From Heptranchias perlo (Eukaryota): a stretch of DNA of 64,000 nucleotides. Numbering within the stretch: position 1 is the stretch's first letter; each line of letters begins with the position of its first letter. Positions 1 through 14,096 of this stretch are shown in pieces. The DNA lies in NCBI RefSeq assembly GCF_035084215.1, contig NC_090331.1:30814001-30878000 (forward strand), given 5' to 3'. The position numbers and the translations under genes are program-made. The notes under the pieces are model-generated. The model was given only the letters and a program-made list of their open reading frames with translations. It was not told where the DNA came from and ran no database searches.

Positions 1-283
1 GTCGCAGGATAAGGGGTTGGGCATTTAGGACTGAGATGAGGAGGAATTTCTTTACTCAGAGGGTTGTGAATCTTTGGAATTCTCTACCCCAGAGAGCTAT
101 AGATGCTTAGTCATCGAGTATATTCAAGGTTGAGAGCGATAGATTTTTGGACACCAAGGGAATCAAGGGATATGGGGATTGGGCGGGAAAGTGGAGCTGA
201 GGTTGAAGATCAGCTATGATCTTGTTGAATGGCGGAGCAGGCTCGAAGGGTCGCATGGCCTACTCCTGCTCCTATTTCTTATG
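1..283 (+). mobile_element. CR1 LINE 3' end
   Basis: Encodes RNFFTQRVVNLWNSLP; 3' UTR ends cctactcctgctcctatttcttatg. Confidence 0.85.
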
Positions 284-3200
284 TAGAAATACTTATCTGG
301 CACAGATCAATCGGGGGAGTCAGGAAGAATGAAAAGTGGGAATATAATTGAGATCCGGGATTAGAATTTGATATAATCCCATGAGCTCTTGTTATTTTGC
401 AGAGTATATGCGGCTAAAAGCTACTTTTTCTCTCTGTGAAGTACAGGTTTTCAAACTGGCTTCCACAAGAGGAATCCATGGGGACGCCCTGAGGTCATCA
501 GATTTCTTAATTTGATTGCTTACTAATGGATGATTCCTGTTGCAATGTACTCACGACTCAGAAGCATCCACTATCTTAAAATTATTTTGCGTCTGTAATA
601 AAGTGTAATGTGTGGACCTGCAAATGTGATTTTTTAAATAAATTCATAGCATATCTTTTGTGGTGTGCTGATGGTGAGTTGGAGGATAAGCAGTTTTATA
701 ATGATAGTGATTTTAAGGTCATGTAACTTGCAATACATTATCAGAGCCACTGATTTTCAGTGATTGAATTAGTCAAATTCAATTTTTATTGCATGGTATG
801 AGATTTCTTTTTAAACCAGTGTTCTGAATATAGAATTCTATAATTCAATCTTTTTCCCCCCAATGAAAATTTTAAATGAGTAGCTTCGATAATTATTATA
901 TGTTTCTTTACCTGTGCACTTAATTTTTACTTACTTTTTTTTAAAAAGCAGGGAAGATAGTTGGTGACATGTAGCAGACTGGAGATTGGTATATGGAATT
1001 TAGAAACAGTGGTGGGGGTTGCTGGGCTTTGATAGCACAGCGAAGGGAGAATCTGAGATTTGGTAACAATGGGGGATAAAATGTAGGGTTTCATTTACCA
1101 CGTGGGTCCTAGGTCCGGCAGTTATTGCGGGGGGCGGTGGGGGGATAATGGAGTCTTTACTTGACTGAAGAGAAAGATTCTTAACGATGCATGAAACCAA
1201 AATCGAGAGAGGAAGGGCTTTCCGCTGAGAAAAATACATTTTGTTTTGGTTTTGTTACTATAAATAACAAAGAACAGTTGGGTGTTTCTGAGGTAGGATT
1301 TAAGTAGTTTAATTGAGCAGTGAAATATGCAATTTTTCATGTTTTTATGGTGCTTAAAATATTATTTAGAAATGTGGAATTTCAATTATTGAGGAAAAAT
1401 GGTAGACAAGGAATCAGGAATAATGGCTGCGTAATCATTGGTTTACCTCCTACCCTTCTGCTCTCTAACAAGTGTATTACTGAATCTAATTAATAAACTT
1501 GCAAAATAGTCAATCAGCTGGAAAACATTTATTGGGAGTCAGTCATGTGGGAAGAATGAGTCAAGAAATAGGACAGAAAAGAGAGACAGAAAATAAGTGT
1601 TACAATTAAAGGAAATTTGCGTTACATGCAAGATTTTTTAATCTATTACTAGTGGATCTCCTGTTTTATAACAACAGAGGTGTTGTGCCATGTAATGCCA
1701 CTGATAATAACTGCATAAGTCAAATTCTATTTTTATTACATGGTATTGAGATATCTGCCTCTATGGAACAATAAACACACACATAACTGTTTAATAAATT
1801 TATTTTACTTTCAACCAGAAAATTTTGCATCTCTAAGGAAGTAGGAAGGGGCACAGGGTTTGTAGATGGCCATTTTTGGTTTTAATTATAAACAGCTGCA
1901 GAATTTACCTCAGAAAACACTGTTTACCTCAGGTAAACCTTCCAACATGTTTTTAATATTAAAAAAAATCTATTACACGCTTCCAGAATTTCCTGAGTTC
2001 AATAGAAAGGAGAATCAGGAATGTTATATAACAAGTGGCCAATCCCATTCATTCTTCAGAATCAGTAAGCTTTTGGTTAAAAACCCCAGCCAGTACTGCC
2101 AATTGGACATGAAGCATCTGGACCTGCCCTTCGGAAACATGTCTCAAGGCTTTCCTCACCTTTCTTTATTGTGAAGATTGAACTGACGCAAAGGAAATCA
2201 AAAAGGTATTTTACACAAATACAGTTATCCATCACAGTATGTTTGAAGGTATGTGGCTGGTGTCCCATAACCCGTTTTCAGCCAAGTAAGAGGATAAGTA
2301 ATGATCAGCCAGAATTAATACCCGATAATAATGTAGATAGTTATCAGGAAGTGCTTATGATGAGATCAACACTAATGTGTTTGCATCTAACAGGTTAACA
2401 TATAAAAGCCACCTCATGTCAATGCAGCCATCTGTAATTACATCATCTACAGATCTGGTTTTCCTCACAATGCAATTTTCAGCCAGACCAGGAGTGTGCG
2501 CATTTTACTTCAACCCTGCCTACAGCAACATATCATAGATGGATATTCAAATTTGTAAATTGAATTGTGACATTACTCAGTATGTTATATTGACAAGAGT
2601 GTTATCAGCCAGTACCAACTTTCCCAGTTCTGCCACCCTAGATAAATATCAAGACTAACCTGGATAAGGATTCTCCACAGTGATGCTCCCTAGACCACCA
2701 TAACTGACAACAGTGAAGTAATTCTGTGATGTAAAAACTCAAAATGGCAGTATTTATGGGTTGCTCAATTTTTTAATGAAATATGAATAGGGATAAACTT
2801 TTGTTTGAAGTATTCTCTTCCTCCTCTCCCCAATCATTAGTCTTATCCTAATAATATCTTGAAAAAGTTAGATTGAGAAAAAGTTGTACAAATATTATTA
2901 CTGACTACACAAGCAGCAATATTGGAACATCAACCCATTTTATATAAAAGACATTGCCAGAAACATACAATGGTTGTTTAGTATAAATTCAACAGCAGTA
3001 GGTACCATGTATTTCACCAAGAAACACTGTATGGGTATCTCAAAACACATAATTGCCCCTTCCCATTTTGCAATTTTTGTGCTTCCCCACTCACAGGCAC
3101 AAAAGATGGGCAGGCAGCCTAATTCTGGGTTTCTACCAACACCACTCCTGAAATGGCTCTGTGAAAATGCGCACAGCAGGAGTACGGGTTGTCTTGGCCT

Positions 3201-3544
3201 CAAGTTTCCCTTCCTTAGGGAATTGCTTCAAGTCCACTAGGCAATTACTATAAGAGTTTTCTTTGTGGGGTATTGGGTGTTGCATGCAACATACATTGTA
3301 GCAGCCTTTCAGGATATTTGAGAAGTATTTAATCCTTCAAAGTTTCTTATTGAAAAACAGTATCTTTGTATACCAATAAAAAGGATTATAGATATAAAAG
3401 AAATGTAACTGCCCACTAAATCATTACATTTGACAGCATCACAAACATGGATATAACCTAGACTTTTACAAGCTGGATGTTCTCCAAGCAAAATATGGTA
3501 CCTAAAAGGAGCTCATGAATTTCTCCATCACAAAGACTGACACC

Positions 3545-4100
3545 ATCAGTGCAGCTACCTCACATGCCACCTCCCCGTCTGCCCCGCTGCTGACCAGCTC
3601 CAAAACCCCTCACTCATCCTAACCCTATCACTTTGCAGCTTCTCTCCCATTTCTCCCTCCCTCTCTAAGCTCAACTCTTTGAGAAGACCCACTTTCCATC
3701 CCCTCGATTCCCAATCCACCCAACCCTTGACCTTCTTTCCTGGCCCCAATGCTTGGCCACATTGGTAATGGCTTCCTCTGTGCAGGTATTATCCCACTTG
3801 CTTCCAAACTTCCATCTTCATTCCACCACCACCCCTCGAATGCACCTAACCATGATCCATCTGCCCCCTCCAACTACTGCTCAATCCCTAACCCTTTTAT
3901 CTCCAAGATCCTTGAACGTCTTTATCCCCATCTGTGTGCTCCCTTCAGTCCAGCTTATGCCCTGTTGACAGTACAAAAACTCCTCCAGCTCAAAGTCACG
4001 GATAATACCCTCTGTGACCGTGGCACTTGATTCCTCTTTGACCTTTCTGCAGTCTGACATGGTGAATTCTGCCATCCTCCACTGTGGTCCACCTTGCATG
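3545..4100 (+). mobile_element. Decayed L2 LINE fragment
   Basis: NYCSIPNPFISKILE resembles the L2 NYRPISNLPFLSKILE motif. Confidence 0.7.
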
Positions 4101-5384
4101 GTAGATGACATTCCAGAGAAAAAACAGGTAACATGGGAAAGCACAAATGAGCCAGCTTGCACTAAGCTTCACTGAAATGTTTATCAGCCATATTTTATAG
4201 CTTCTTGGTTAAAATGTAGGAAATGAAGTAAAATTATTCACCAGATATTTATTTCTAAACGCAGCAGTAATTCAACAAATGGGAGGGTTTTCAGTTAACT
4301 GCACAGTAGTTTGAAAGAAATAAGGGGTTCTGGTGCATGAGACTCCTAATTCAATGCTCTAACATTTTCCATTAGGGTATAACATTAGCAAAACTATATA
4401 TAATCTACCGCACACACACACAAGAAAATGTGTTGGAATCAAAACTACCTACAACTAAATGCAGTGCAAGGATTCCATAATACTTCCATTTTATAAATGA
4501 AGTCATTGGAGACAACCTGAGACCACTGAGGATCAGATATTAGATTGTTTAATCCTCCGCCCTTCATGTAAATGCCTCCTTTTTCCCATTAGTCCTCTAC
4601 TGTAAAATAATATGGCTTAAAAAGAACAAATTGGTAACTGACTACATAATCGTGCACCAGTCATCATTCTTTAATAACAGATAATAGATTTTAAAATGGA
4701 AAGAGCAATTTAAAAAAGTCTTAATATCAGCATTCTTGAAAGTGGAGCTTCTTTATATGTTCATGTTCAAAAACTCCTCCCAGCCAAATGCCACCAGCAC
4801 TGTTTAAAACTGAAATATTCAAAAGTTCAAAGAAATTCAACAGATTGCCAAATCTGTATTATTGATTTAATTTTAAAAGGGATACTTCCTAATCTTCATG
4901 TAACAATATCCTTCACACTTTATTATTTATAATGTTACTGAAGAGCACCCAAGGAATTCAATACTTGCTTCTTCCAAATAATAGCAACCAACTACTACCA
5001 GAAAGCATTTTGTGTACAAGTGCTGTGCATCTGATTTCACCATTTTACATTTTTCCCCAGAGAGAGAGATGCTGGGGTTTTGCTCACCATCTCCTGTATC
5101 AATTTTGCTCATTATGTACTATTTGTTCATTATTATATTTTTTTCTGTACACTAACATAAAGCACCCATTACAAATCATGTCTTTTCATTTTTTTGGAAT
5201 TAAAATGATTAGATAAATTACTAATACAGGATGATAGTTACCTTGCACAGGCTGCACAATAGGAAAATCTGGTGGTGGTGTTTTAAGGTGATGTAGGTGG
5301 AGAGGCTATGCTGGATTGCACAATTGTATGGCCCCGTTGTGACTTAGGTGGTGGTTATAGTGATGGTGGCAATGGCTGCCGTTT

Positions 5385-5812
5385 TATTTTTTATTTGTTC
5401 ATGGGATGTGGGCTTCGCTGGCAAGGCCAGCATTTATTGCCCATCCCTAATTGCCTTGAGAAGGCAGTGGTGAGCCGCCTTCTTGAACCGCTGCAGTCCA
5501 TGTGCTGACGGTTCTCCCACAGTGCTGTTAGGTAGGGAGTTCCAGGACTTTGACCCAGTGACGATGAAGGAATGGCGGTATATTTCCAAGTTGGGATGAT
5601 GTGTAACTTGCAGGTGGTGTTGTTCCCATGTGCCTGCTGCCCTTGTCCTTCTAGGTGGTAGAGGTCGCGGGTTTGGGAGGTGCTGTCGAAGAAGCCCTGG
5701 CGAGTTGCTGCAGTGCATCCTGTGGATGGTACACACTGCAGACACGGTGCACCAGTGATGAAGGGAGTGAACGTTTAGGGTGGTGGATGGGGTGCCAATC
5801 AAGCGGGCTGCT
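5385..5812 (-). mobile_element. LINE 3' end, third family (CR1-Zenon/Jockey-group-like; clade uncertain)
   Basis: LNVHSLHHWCTVSAVCTIHRMH...KSWNSLP; same family at 15995-16745 and 36152-36454. Confidence 0.8.
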
Positions 5813-8679
5813 TGTAGTGTAGGAAATAGTGCCTTCTGATTCTGGTGATAATTGTAGACTAGAGAATTAAAACATTACATAATTTTTATCTATATTAATA
5901 GTCTTATGTAAATTTTACTTTATTTCAAAAATAATAAACTAGGCATATGATCTGGAAGCTGTTAGTTGAACTTAAAGCACAAACATATCTTGCATTAGGG
6001 GTCTACCACTGAAAGCATTATTAGTCTCACATCACAAATTTGCATGGTTAATGTAGTGTTAGTGAAATTACGTAGACCAGAATGGGTCTTTGTAGATTTA
6101 ATAAACAGGATCGAGAATTTAAGTATCAATAATTATGGTAATGTCCAAGAACCCTTATAGTTAGAAGCTGCAAAACAAAGCAATCAGCACCAATTTCTAC
6201 AAAAGTATTTTTAATCAGATAAAACAAATTTTTAAGAAAAAAATCTTTCCAAAAATATTTCAACAGGTCTTTCTGAAAGGGTTACAAATATCTATAGGGG
6301 AAATATTTGGGCTGCCCCAAGAGCTGATTTTAACTAGGAGAGCCGTAAAGAAGCTACAACTCGCCTCAGTGCTGCTGAAGTACTGGGAAAATTAAGATAA
6401 AAAGAGCCATGATTCCTGCTCCTGATTGTTATCCATTGACCTCTGCTGGAAGTGACCATATAAGAATATCAAGAGGAGACAGGATGGGGCGCGAGTGTTA
6501 TATTTGCAGTTGAGCACACCTCTAACATATGAATAGCAGCCATTTGGGCAAGGTACCAGAACGTACCCATGGAACCTTATCCCAGCAAAAAAAATCAACA
6601 GCTTCACGAAGGCAGGAAAATTAGTGAGAAAAAAACACAAAACAGGAAGTATAGTTGACTGAGCTGATTCATAATCCTTAAGTGCCATATAGAGACAACT
6701 GGGGCTAAATAATGCCTTGAGCACAGGAGCACCAAAATGCAGTACTGGAGGCATGCAGGCTCAGTCACCATGTTGAGTTACCTACCTCTATGACATTCAT
6801 TAATTGACGGCCTCAAGCAAAGGCCAGGCATCTCCCCTGAAGAGGGGGCAAAAAGGGAGGGTGTGGGAGTAGAGAGCAAGAGAGTCATAACTGAGCTGCT
6901 TCTGTGCATTTCCTAGTTACCAAAGAGCAGATGCCTGGGCCACTTGTCCTCTTACCCATACTTGGTGCCTAAATTGTCAAAATTTGATTAAGGGAAAGGA
7001 GAAAATAAAGGTTCTTACACAATTTTTTAAAAAAAAAGTAAACTTAATGTGTTTCCATCTTTCCATTCAACTGTTTCCCAAAAACACCTGTTGCTTTGAT
7101 GGAGCTTGGTAATGGACACTGCACAGAGATCCATTGATGAAACGGATATATCTGTGATTATGGGCTGCACTCAACATGAGGGGAGCTCTACACAAAATGC
7201 TCACTCCCAAGATCCATGTAGCCAGCAGTCTTAAAGCATAAAACTTTGAAACAAGGGACAGCTGCAACACACGAGAAAGTGTATAGCAATCTCACTTTAT
7301 AACATTTAGTTATTATGAGACAATTCAATTGAACATATTTCCACTTTGGAGGTGTGCTGTCAGTATATTTTCCTTCATTAAGTTTTAAGCTGCAACTCTG
7401 CACTTTTCTCTGAAATTATTTCTCTCTTTGAATTTAATGTACTTGGATCTGAAAAAAATACTATGATACACATTATATACACAATATTTTTGTTGTAGTA
7501 CTCATATTTATAGCAACTCTTACGCTATAAAAACTGGTTCCTGAATAGATTTCTGATTCATGTTGAAATGCAGTATTGTACCATCTGTACTGTACAATTA
7601 ACCCTTTTAACTGAGCTTCCCTTGCAAAAAAGCAAAGCAAATATGGCAGTGGCGTTACTGGATTGTCACAAAGGAAACCGTGGCTTTTTGTGCCGAGTGA
7701 TATTATTTCAAGATGTTACAGAAAGAACCAAATGCAAGAGAGAAGCACAACTGGGGATTCAGTTTAAGTTTTAATAGCAGGAGTGCTTTGGAAATCAATT
7801 AAAATATGAACCTTTGACACACCACAGATAAGTATCCAATCAAAAACTTAATTTTGTTCTAATTAATAGATTTTATACATTTTAGAAAACAGTAACATAT
7901 CCTTACAATATAACTGACAAACTACTGTTACACAATTGGAAATAGAAACTGATGTTTGTTAAGATCAGACATAATAGCGTTTTGGGGCCAGGTGGGTCTT
8001 CAATACAGAGTTTCCAATCTAAGCTACTGAGAAATCAATGATAAAAAGAATTTCTGTCTGGCCCAGGAAATGCATGATCTCTCTCCATAGGCATTGGCTT
8101 TCAAGGTTGAATGAAGCCAAATGGGAAAGATCTTAGCCTTGGGGACAGATCTAGCCTTTCAACTCCCATTGATGACTCAGAGGGACAAGTTAGTTCCGAA
8201 CTTCCAACGGTAACCACGATCTTGAAGCAAACTGGACTCCAAAGACATCTTGCTTACCATTCCACCAGGAAAACAGCCACCAGCTGGTTACTGACAACTG
8301 ACGAGCATCGATTTGAACCCTTGCTAGGCAGGCAGCTGGCACCAAGAATTCCTCACAAGCATAGTGAGCAGCTCTACTCGTCATAACAGCTACTGTAACT
8401 GAGGCTTTAGTTGTATAAATATTTGTAAAAAATCAGTAACCATAGCAACTTTTGTTGTTGACAATAGTAATAAAGCTGACGACACCTACAACCGGTAGTA
8501 TGTTGCAAGGCATCCCAACACACAAACATTTATTTGTGTAAACAGTGGGAAAATATTTCCCCACTATTTCTAGAAAGTTGCAGTTGTTTAGACTACGCTT
8601 ACATTTATACCAACAACCATGATTACACTAAATATTACAATCTCTAAGAAATGAATAGCCTGTGGTTGGATCATCCTCC

Positions 8680-8930
8680 AGGTTCAATCCCTGTGTTTGA
8701 CAATCTCAGCCTTGGTAGTAGAATTGCTACAGTTGTCATTGGCACTCCTGGGTTAATGAAGGGAAAATTACTAAATCTTGATCAATATCCAGCCACCTGT
8801 ACTCGAAGTGCTTTTGGTGACACCTCTGGGTTGAGCAGCCTGCCAATGCTCACTGACTAGGCTCACACATGAAGAATGGCCACTTGGAGTGAGTTATTGG
8901 CCCCCATGGGACAACACTCCAGCAAACAGT
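8680..8930 (+). mobile_element. Ancient SINE, AmnSINE2-like
   Basis: B-box-like ggttcaatcc; block gctcacacatgaagaatggccacttgg; related to 41745-42090. Confidence 0.6.
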
Positions 8931-10079
8931 CAACCCTCAAAGGAGAATGAGGGAAGAGGAGAATCAATGGAGAAGGGAGAACAAAAATCATGTATAAAAT
9001 ATATAAATAGCAATTTAAGTGGTTCTTCTACTCTTTTCTGTTTAATTCAAACCCAGTAGTATTTTGGATACAAATTTCCTAACAGTCAAGCACTCTGAAT
9101 ACTAAATTCGTCAGTAGGCTTGAGTTAAAACATTTTTCTTTTATAGATTTAGACTATTTGCAAAATAGAGCACAGCATTTTTGCTAAACAATTACTCATT
9201 CATACACCAGATTTTAATTGATTTCCTACCTTGTAGGGTTTTCTTTCTTTGAATAATCTGCATCCTCCAGACACCATGGGAGTAAAGCCTAGCTTGAGTG
9301 GTTCTGTGGAAAATCACCTGCCTAGCATGCACACAAAAAATGTTGTCACGATGTTGCAGATAGGCAGTGCTGCTACTCCCATATTGTATACAGCCACAGG
9401 ACCTGGTTGTTTTGACCTGTACTGAATGCAACTGGCTCCAAAACCTGTCTTTTTTTCTCCTCCTCCAAGTCCTGTTCGAATCACTCCAAGCTGATGGGGA
9501 AATTCAAGTGGTTCCTTGTACATCACTTGGTTGTGGAAGTTTAGTCTGCCCCCTTGTGGAAGGGAGCATGGGTTTTAATCAAATTGGCAGCGTCGTGAAT
9601 GGAATTGCTGATGGAATCGAACCCTTTGTGCAAGGTATTCTGCTATTCTTCAGTTGGTCTGGTTGAAATCAGGTTGTTCAGTATTGCTGACCAGTGTTTC
9701 CTCCTTGGAGGGATCAACTGTATTTTACCTTTGGTTTAAGTAGTACTTCTATACAGATTGAAGAGGAGCCCACGGCACTCACTGATGCTGTAGAATTCCT
9801 GTCGCCAAATGGTGTTGGCTGGTTTTTCACATCAATTGGCAATGGTGCATGCCCAGAAATGTCTAAGTGGGAGAGGCCAGATACTTTAAGATTGGTGATT
9901 CCCAACTTAGAATGGCTGTCTTTCTTGTGCCTATTTGGGTTTTGCCCTCATGTTTGGCACAGATGCTCTTCACTGGTTAATTTGGACAACAGAAAAGAAA
10001 TGTGGTAACAGCGGTGCCACGTTTTGGCAACAAGTATTTTATGCATTGATTATGCCAATCAGCAACTGTTGGCAGGCAA

Positions 10080-12130
10080 CTACAACAATAATAACTTGCA
10101 TTTATAGAATGCCTTTAATATAGGGCAATGTCCCAAGGCGCTTCACAGGAGCATAGTCAGACAAAAATTGACATTGAGCCAAAGGAGATATTAAGACAGG
10201 TGACTAAAAGCTTGGTCACAAAGGTAAGTTTTAAAGGAAGAGAGGGATGAGAAGCAGAGAGGTTTAAGGAGGGAATTTCAGAGCTTAAGGCCGAGACAGC
10301 TGAAGGCACAGCCACCAATAGTACGGCAAAGAGAGTGGGGGAATGCACAAGAGGCCAGAGTTGAAGGAACTTAAAGTTCTGGGAGGGTTGTAGCACTGGA
10401 GGAGGTTTTAGAGATAGGAAGGGGTGAGGCTATGGAGGGATTCGAATACAACATTGAGAATTTTTAAATTGAGGTGTTGGTGGACTGGGAGCCAATGTAG
10501 GTCAGCAAGCAGAGGTGATGGGTGAACTGTACTTGGTGTGGGTGAGCAAATGGGTAGCCAAGTTTTGGATGAGGTCAAGTGTATGGAGGGTTGAGGATGG
10601 GGAAGAGAGCATTGGAGGTAACAAAAGCATCAATGAGGATTTCAGCAGCAGATAAGGTGAGGCAGAGGCTGAGTCTGGCTATATTACGGAGGTGGAAGTA
10701 GGCGGTCTTGGTGATGGAGAGGATATGGGATTGCAAGCTTAGGTCAGGATCAAATAGGATAGCAAAGTTGTGAACAGTCTGATTCAGCCCGAGACAGTAG
10801 CCAGGGAGTGGGATGGAATCGGTGGTGAGGGAATGGAGTTTGTAGCTGGGGCCGAAGGCAATAGTTTCGGTCTTCCCAATATTTAATTGGAGGAAATTGC
10901 AGCTCATCAAGGACTGGATGTCGGACAAGCAGTCTGACAACACAGAGGCAGTGAAGGATTTGAGAGAGGTGGTTGCGAGGTAGAGCTGGGTGGCATCAGC
11001 GCACACATGGAATCTGACGTCATGTCTTCGGATGATGTTGCCGAGGGGCAGCAAACAGATGAGAACTAGGAAGGGATCAAGGAAAGATCCCTGAGGGACT
11101 CAAGGTGACGAAGTGGGGGCGAGAAGAGTAGCTATTGCAGGAGATTCTCTGGCTACGAGTGGATGGGTAAGAGTGGCACCAGGCAAATGCAGTCCACTCA
11201 GATAGATAACAGAGGAGAGGCGTGGGGGAGGATGGTGTGATCAACCATGTCAAAGGATGCAGACAGATCCAGAAGGACGAGGAGGGATAGTGCACCACGG
11301 TCACAGTCACAGAGGGTGTCATTTGTGACAAGGCCATTTCAGTACTACGGTAGGGGCAGAAACCTAATTGGAGAAGTTCAAACATGAAGTCGCGGTAAAG
11401 ATGGGAACAGATTTGGGAGGCGACAACATGTTCAAGGACTTTGGACAGAAAAGGGAGGTTGGAGCTGGGGCAGTAGTTTGCAAGGACAGAAGCGTCAAGG
11501 GTGAGTGTTTTGAGGAGAGGGAGATTTGAAAAAGAGGGGGACAGTATCTGAGGAGGGGGGACCATTTACATCAGCTAGCACGAGGCCAGGAAGGGAAGTT
11601 AGGTGGTCAGCAGTTTAGTGGGAATAGAATCAAGAGAGCAGGAGGTGGGTCTCCTGGATAAGATGAGCTCTGCGAGATCATGAGGGGAGATATGAGAGGC
11701 AAATGGTCCATATCCATAAGCTCCTCGCACTTGTTGTTGGAGATGATGTGGAAAGTGCAGGGGAGAGGGCTTTAAGGAAATGGTTGGTAGTGCAGAAAAG
11801 AAGCCGGTGGTTATCTTTGTTTTCCAGGATGTTCCTGGAGTAGTGAGCAGTTTTGGCAGAAGAGAGCAGGGCCCGATAGTGCTTGATGTGCTCAAGCCAG
11901 ATCTGGTGATGAATGTCTAAACTCTGATGAAAGTTCAAGTCTGCGTCCCATTAATGGAGGGAAGAGGGGGGGCTGTACCGGGGGTGGGGGGTGGAGACAA
12001 CAACTAGGATGGGAGAGAGTAAGGGTTTTGCTGGCGACAAATGCATCAAAGGCAGAGGTGAGGGTGTGATTGAATACATCGATAGCTGCAGAAGTATCAA
12101 GGTGAACGGAGGGTCAAAGGCTACATAGTG
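10080..12130 (-). mobile_element. L2 LINE, about 2 kb, decayed
   Basis: NLPFLSKVLE, ADATQLY and FLQLNIGKTE remnants; typical 3' end (aacttgcatttata on + strand). Confidence 0.9.
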
Positions 12131-13928
12131 AGGAGTTTGACTGGCTTAATGGTGCAAGTCCTTTGGCTTTATACGACACAGGAGTTGAATACTACATGTG
12201 GCACCATTTCAAATCTCATCCCAACTTTTTTTTTACGGCATGCTACGTGCATAGTGTCCCAGAACCAATCATGTTATGCTTTATTCTCACAGCGTATAGA
12301 GAATGATTAATGAACTGTACTTTCTAAAACATCAAAAACTTTTATAGATTAATTGAAGTGCGACTAAAGATATTGAAAATTTTGACTGCAACCGCTCCAA
12401 GAAAATGTGAAATATAACTAAGAACAACATAGGAAAAACAGGAGTGAAACTAACAAGATAGGACAGGATTAAAAATCCATTTTGTTTGATCCGAGGCAAT
12501 TCTTAAAGACACAAGTTTCTGTGAGTTGAAAACTGCAAGCCAGAGGAGCCAGAGCAATAAAAGAGCCAAAAGCACTGGCTTTACCTGTGTTTGTAACAGT
12601 TTATGACCTGAAAGACAACGTGAAAAACAAATGGCTTCATATCTGCCAGGTAAACTGAAGAGAGCGAGAGTAAAAGGACAAAGGCCTCTAAAATCGCAAT
12701 GTTAACAGTAGCACCCCAAGCTTTGTAGCACTTCTAAACTCATCAATAACATATCGAGGCCTAAAAAGTGTTTTTAAAAGTTAATTGTAAAAGCCAGGCC
12801 AAATCTTTAAGTGAGAATGTGAAAAAAACAATATGTTTTTGGATAGCTTTGATGTTCAGATATAAAAAGACACGACTTAACACTTAAATTAGTTAGAGAA
12901 AAGTTAGAGAAGGAAGACAGATTGAGGATCAAGTCACACATAGGTACAGTCAGAGACTCAGATAAAGGTTATAAGGAAAAGAAGTGAAGAAAAGCTCAGT
13001 TCAGAGAGAGGTATTGCAGCACTTAACAGTCAATTCCATAATATAAATTCTCAAGATGCAAGAAATATACTGTAATCGCACAAGTACATGCATGGGATGA
13101 ACAAGAGAAGATGACACCTGATAACCAGGAACAACTGACACATTTATGTAGATGATTCAACCCAACATGCAACCAGGGCAAGGAGGGTATAAACTTAAAT
13201 AGAGAGCATACAACTATGAGATAAGCTTATACACCTACAAGAGACTACATGTAGTGTAATCCTCAAAACTGTACTTCTGAAACTGAGTTACATATGTTAT
13301 ACTAAGCTGCACTCAGTTAAGGCTGATAGTCCGAAGTGCTGACTAGATTACAGCATACCAAGTTAGACCCAGCCGCTGCTGTACTGTTGTAATTTTGAAA
13401 CCAAGTTGCTGAACTACTGAAGATGATCATTCTGAAAACCATGTTATCTTTGCATGTATACGGTTTAGAAAAATTGTTAGCGATACAAATTTGTATCGCC
13501 ATTCATTGCATGATCTCTGGCAAGAGTTAAGTGCTGTAGTTTGTTCAGACAAGTGACAGAATTTTTTTAGTTATTTGGTTGGTGATAGGGTGAATTTTAT
13601 TAATATAATACAATAAAACACACACACGTGCACACATATCTCAATTGATCTCCCATAGAATTGCACACAGGGATTTAAATATGCATTAAAAAAAAATCAC
13701 ACACACAACCATGCTAGACATATAAAGGTGAATTCTGATATATTCTATGGGCATGGTAGATTTTCTAGTTAATCATCCTCATCTTGTTGTGAACTTGGGT
13801 TCCAAAATTTGAATATCCAATTTTAACAGGGGCTAGGAACTCGAGTCCAAGACAGGCAGTCATCATTCTTATATGATTGAAACGGAAATGTTGTGAAAGC
13901 GTTCAATTCTACTGAATTTAATTTATTA

Positions 13929-14096
<168 letters not shown>

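Noticed and set aside
1000-1239. Minus-strand ORF with PPPPP as the next R3HDM1 exon
   Set aside because: It lacks the expected GGGMVMMQL and WKQNK motifs and convincing splice sites. The next exon appears to lie beyond the window's left edge.
6290-6990. Possible decayed GC-richer DNA-transposon derivative (similar at 61060-61260)
   Set aside because: I could not establish TIRs or a TSD by eye.
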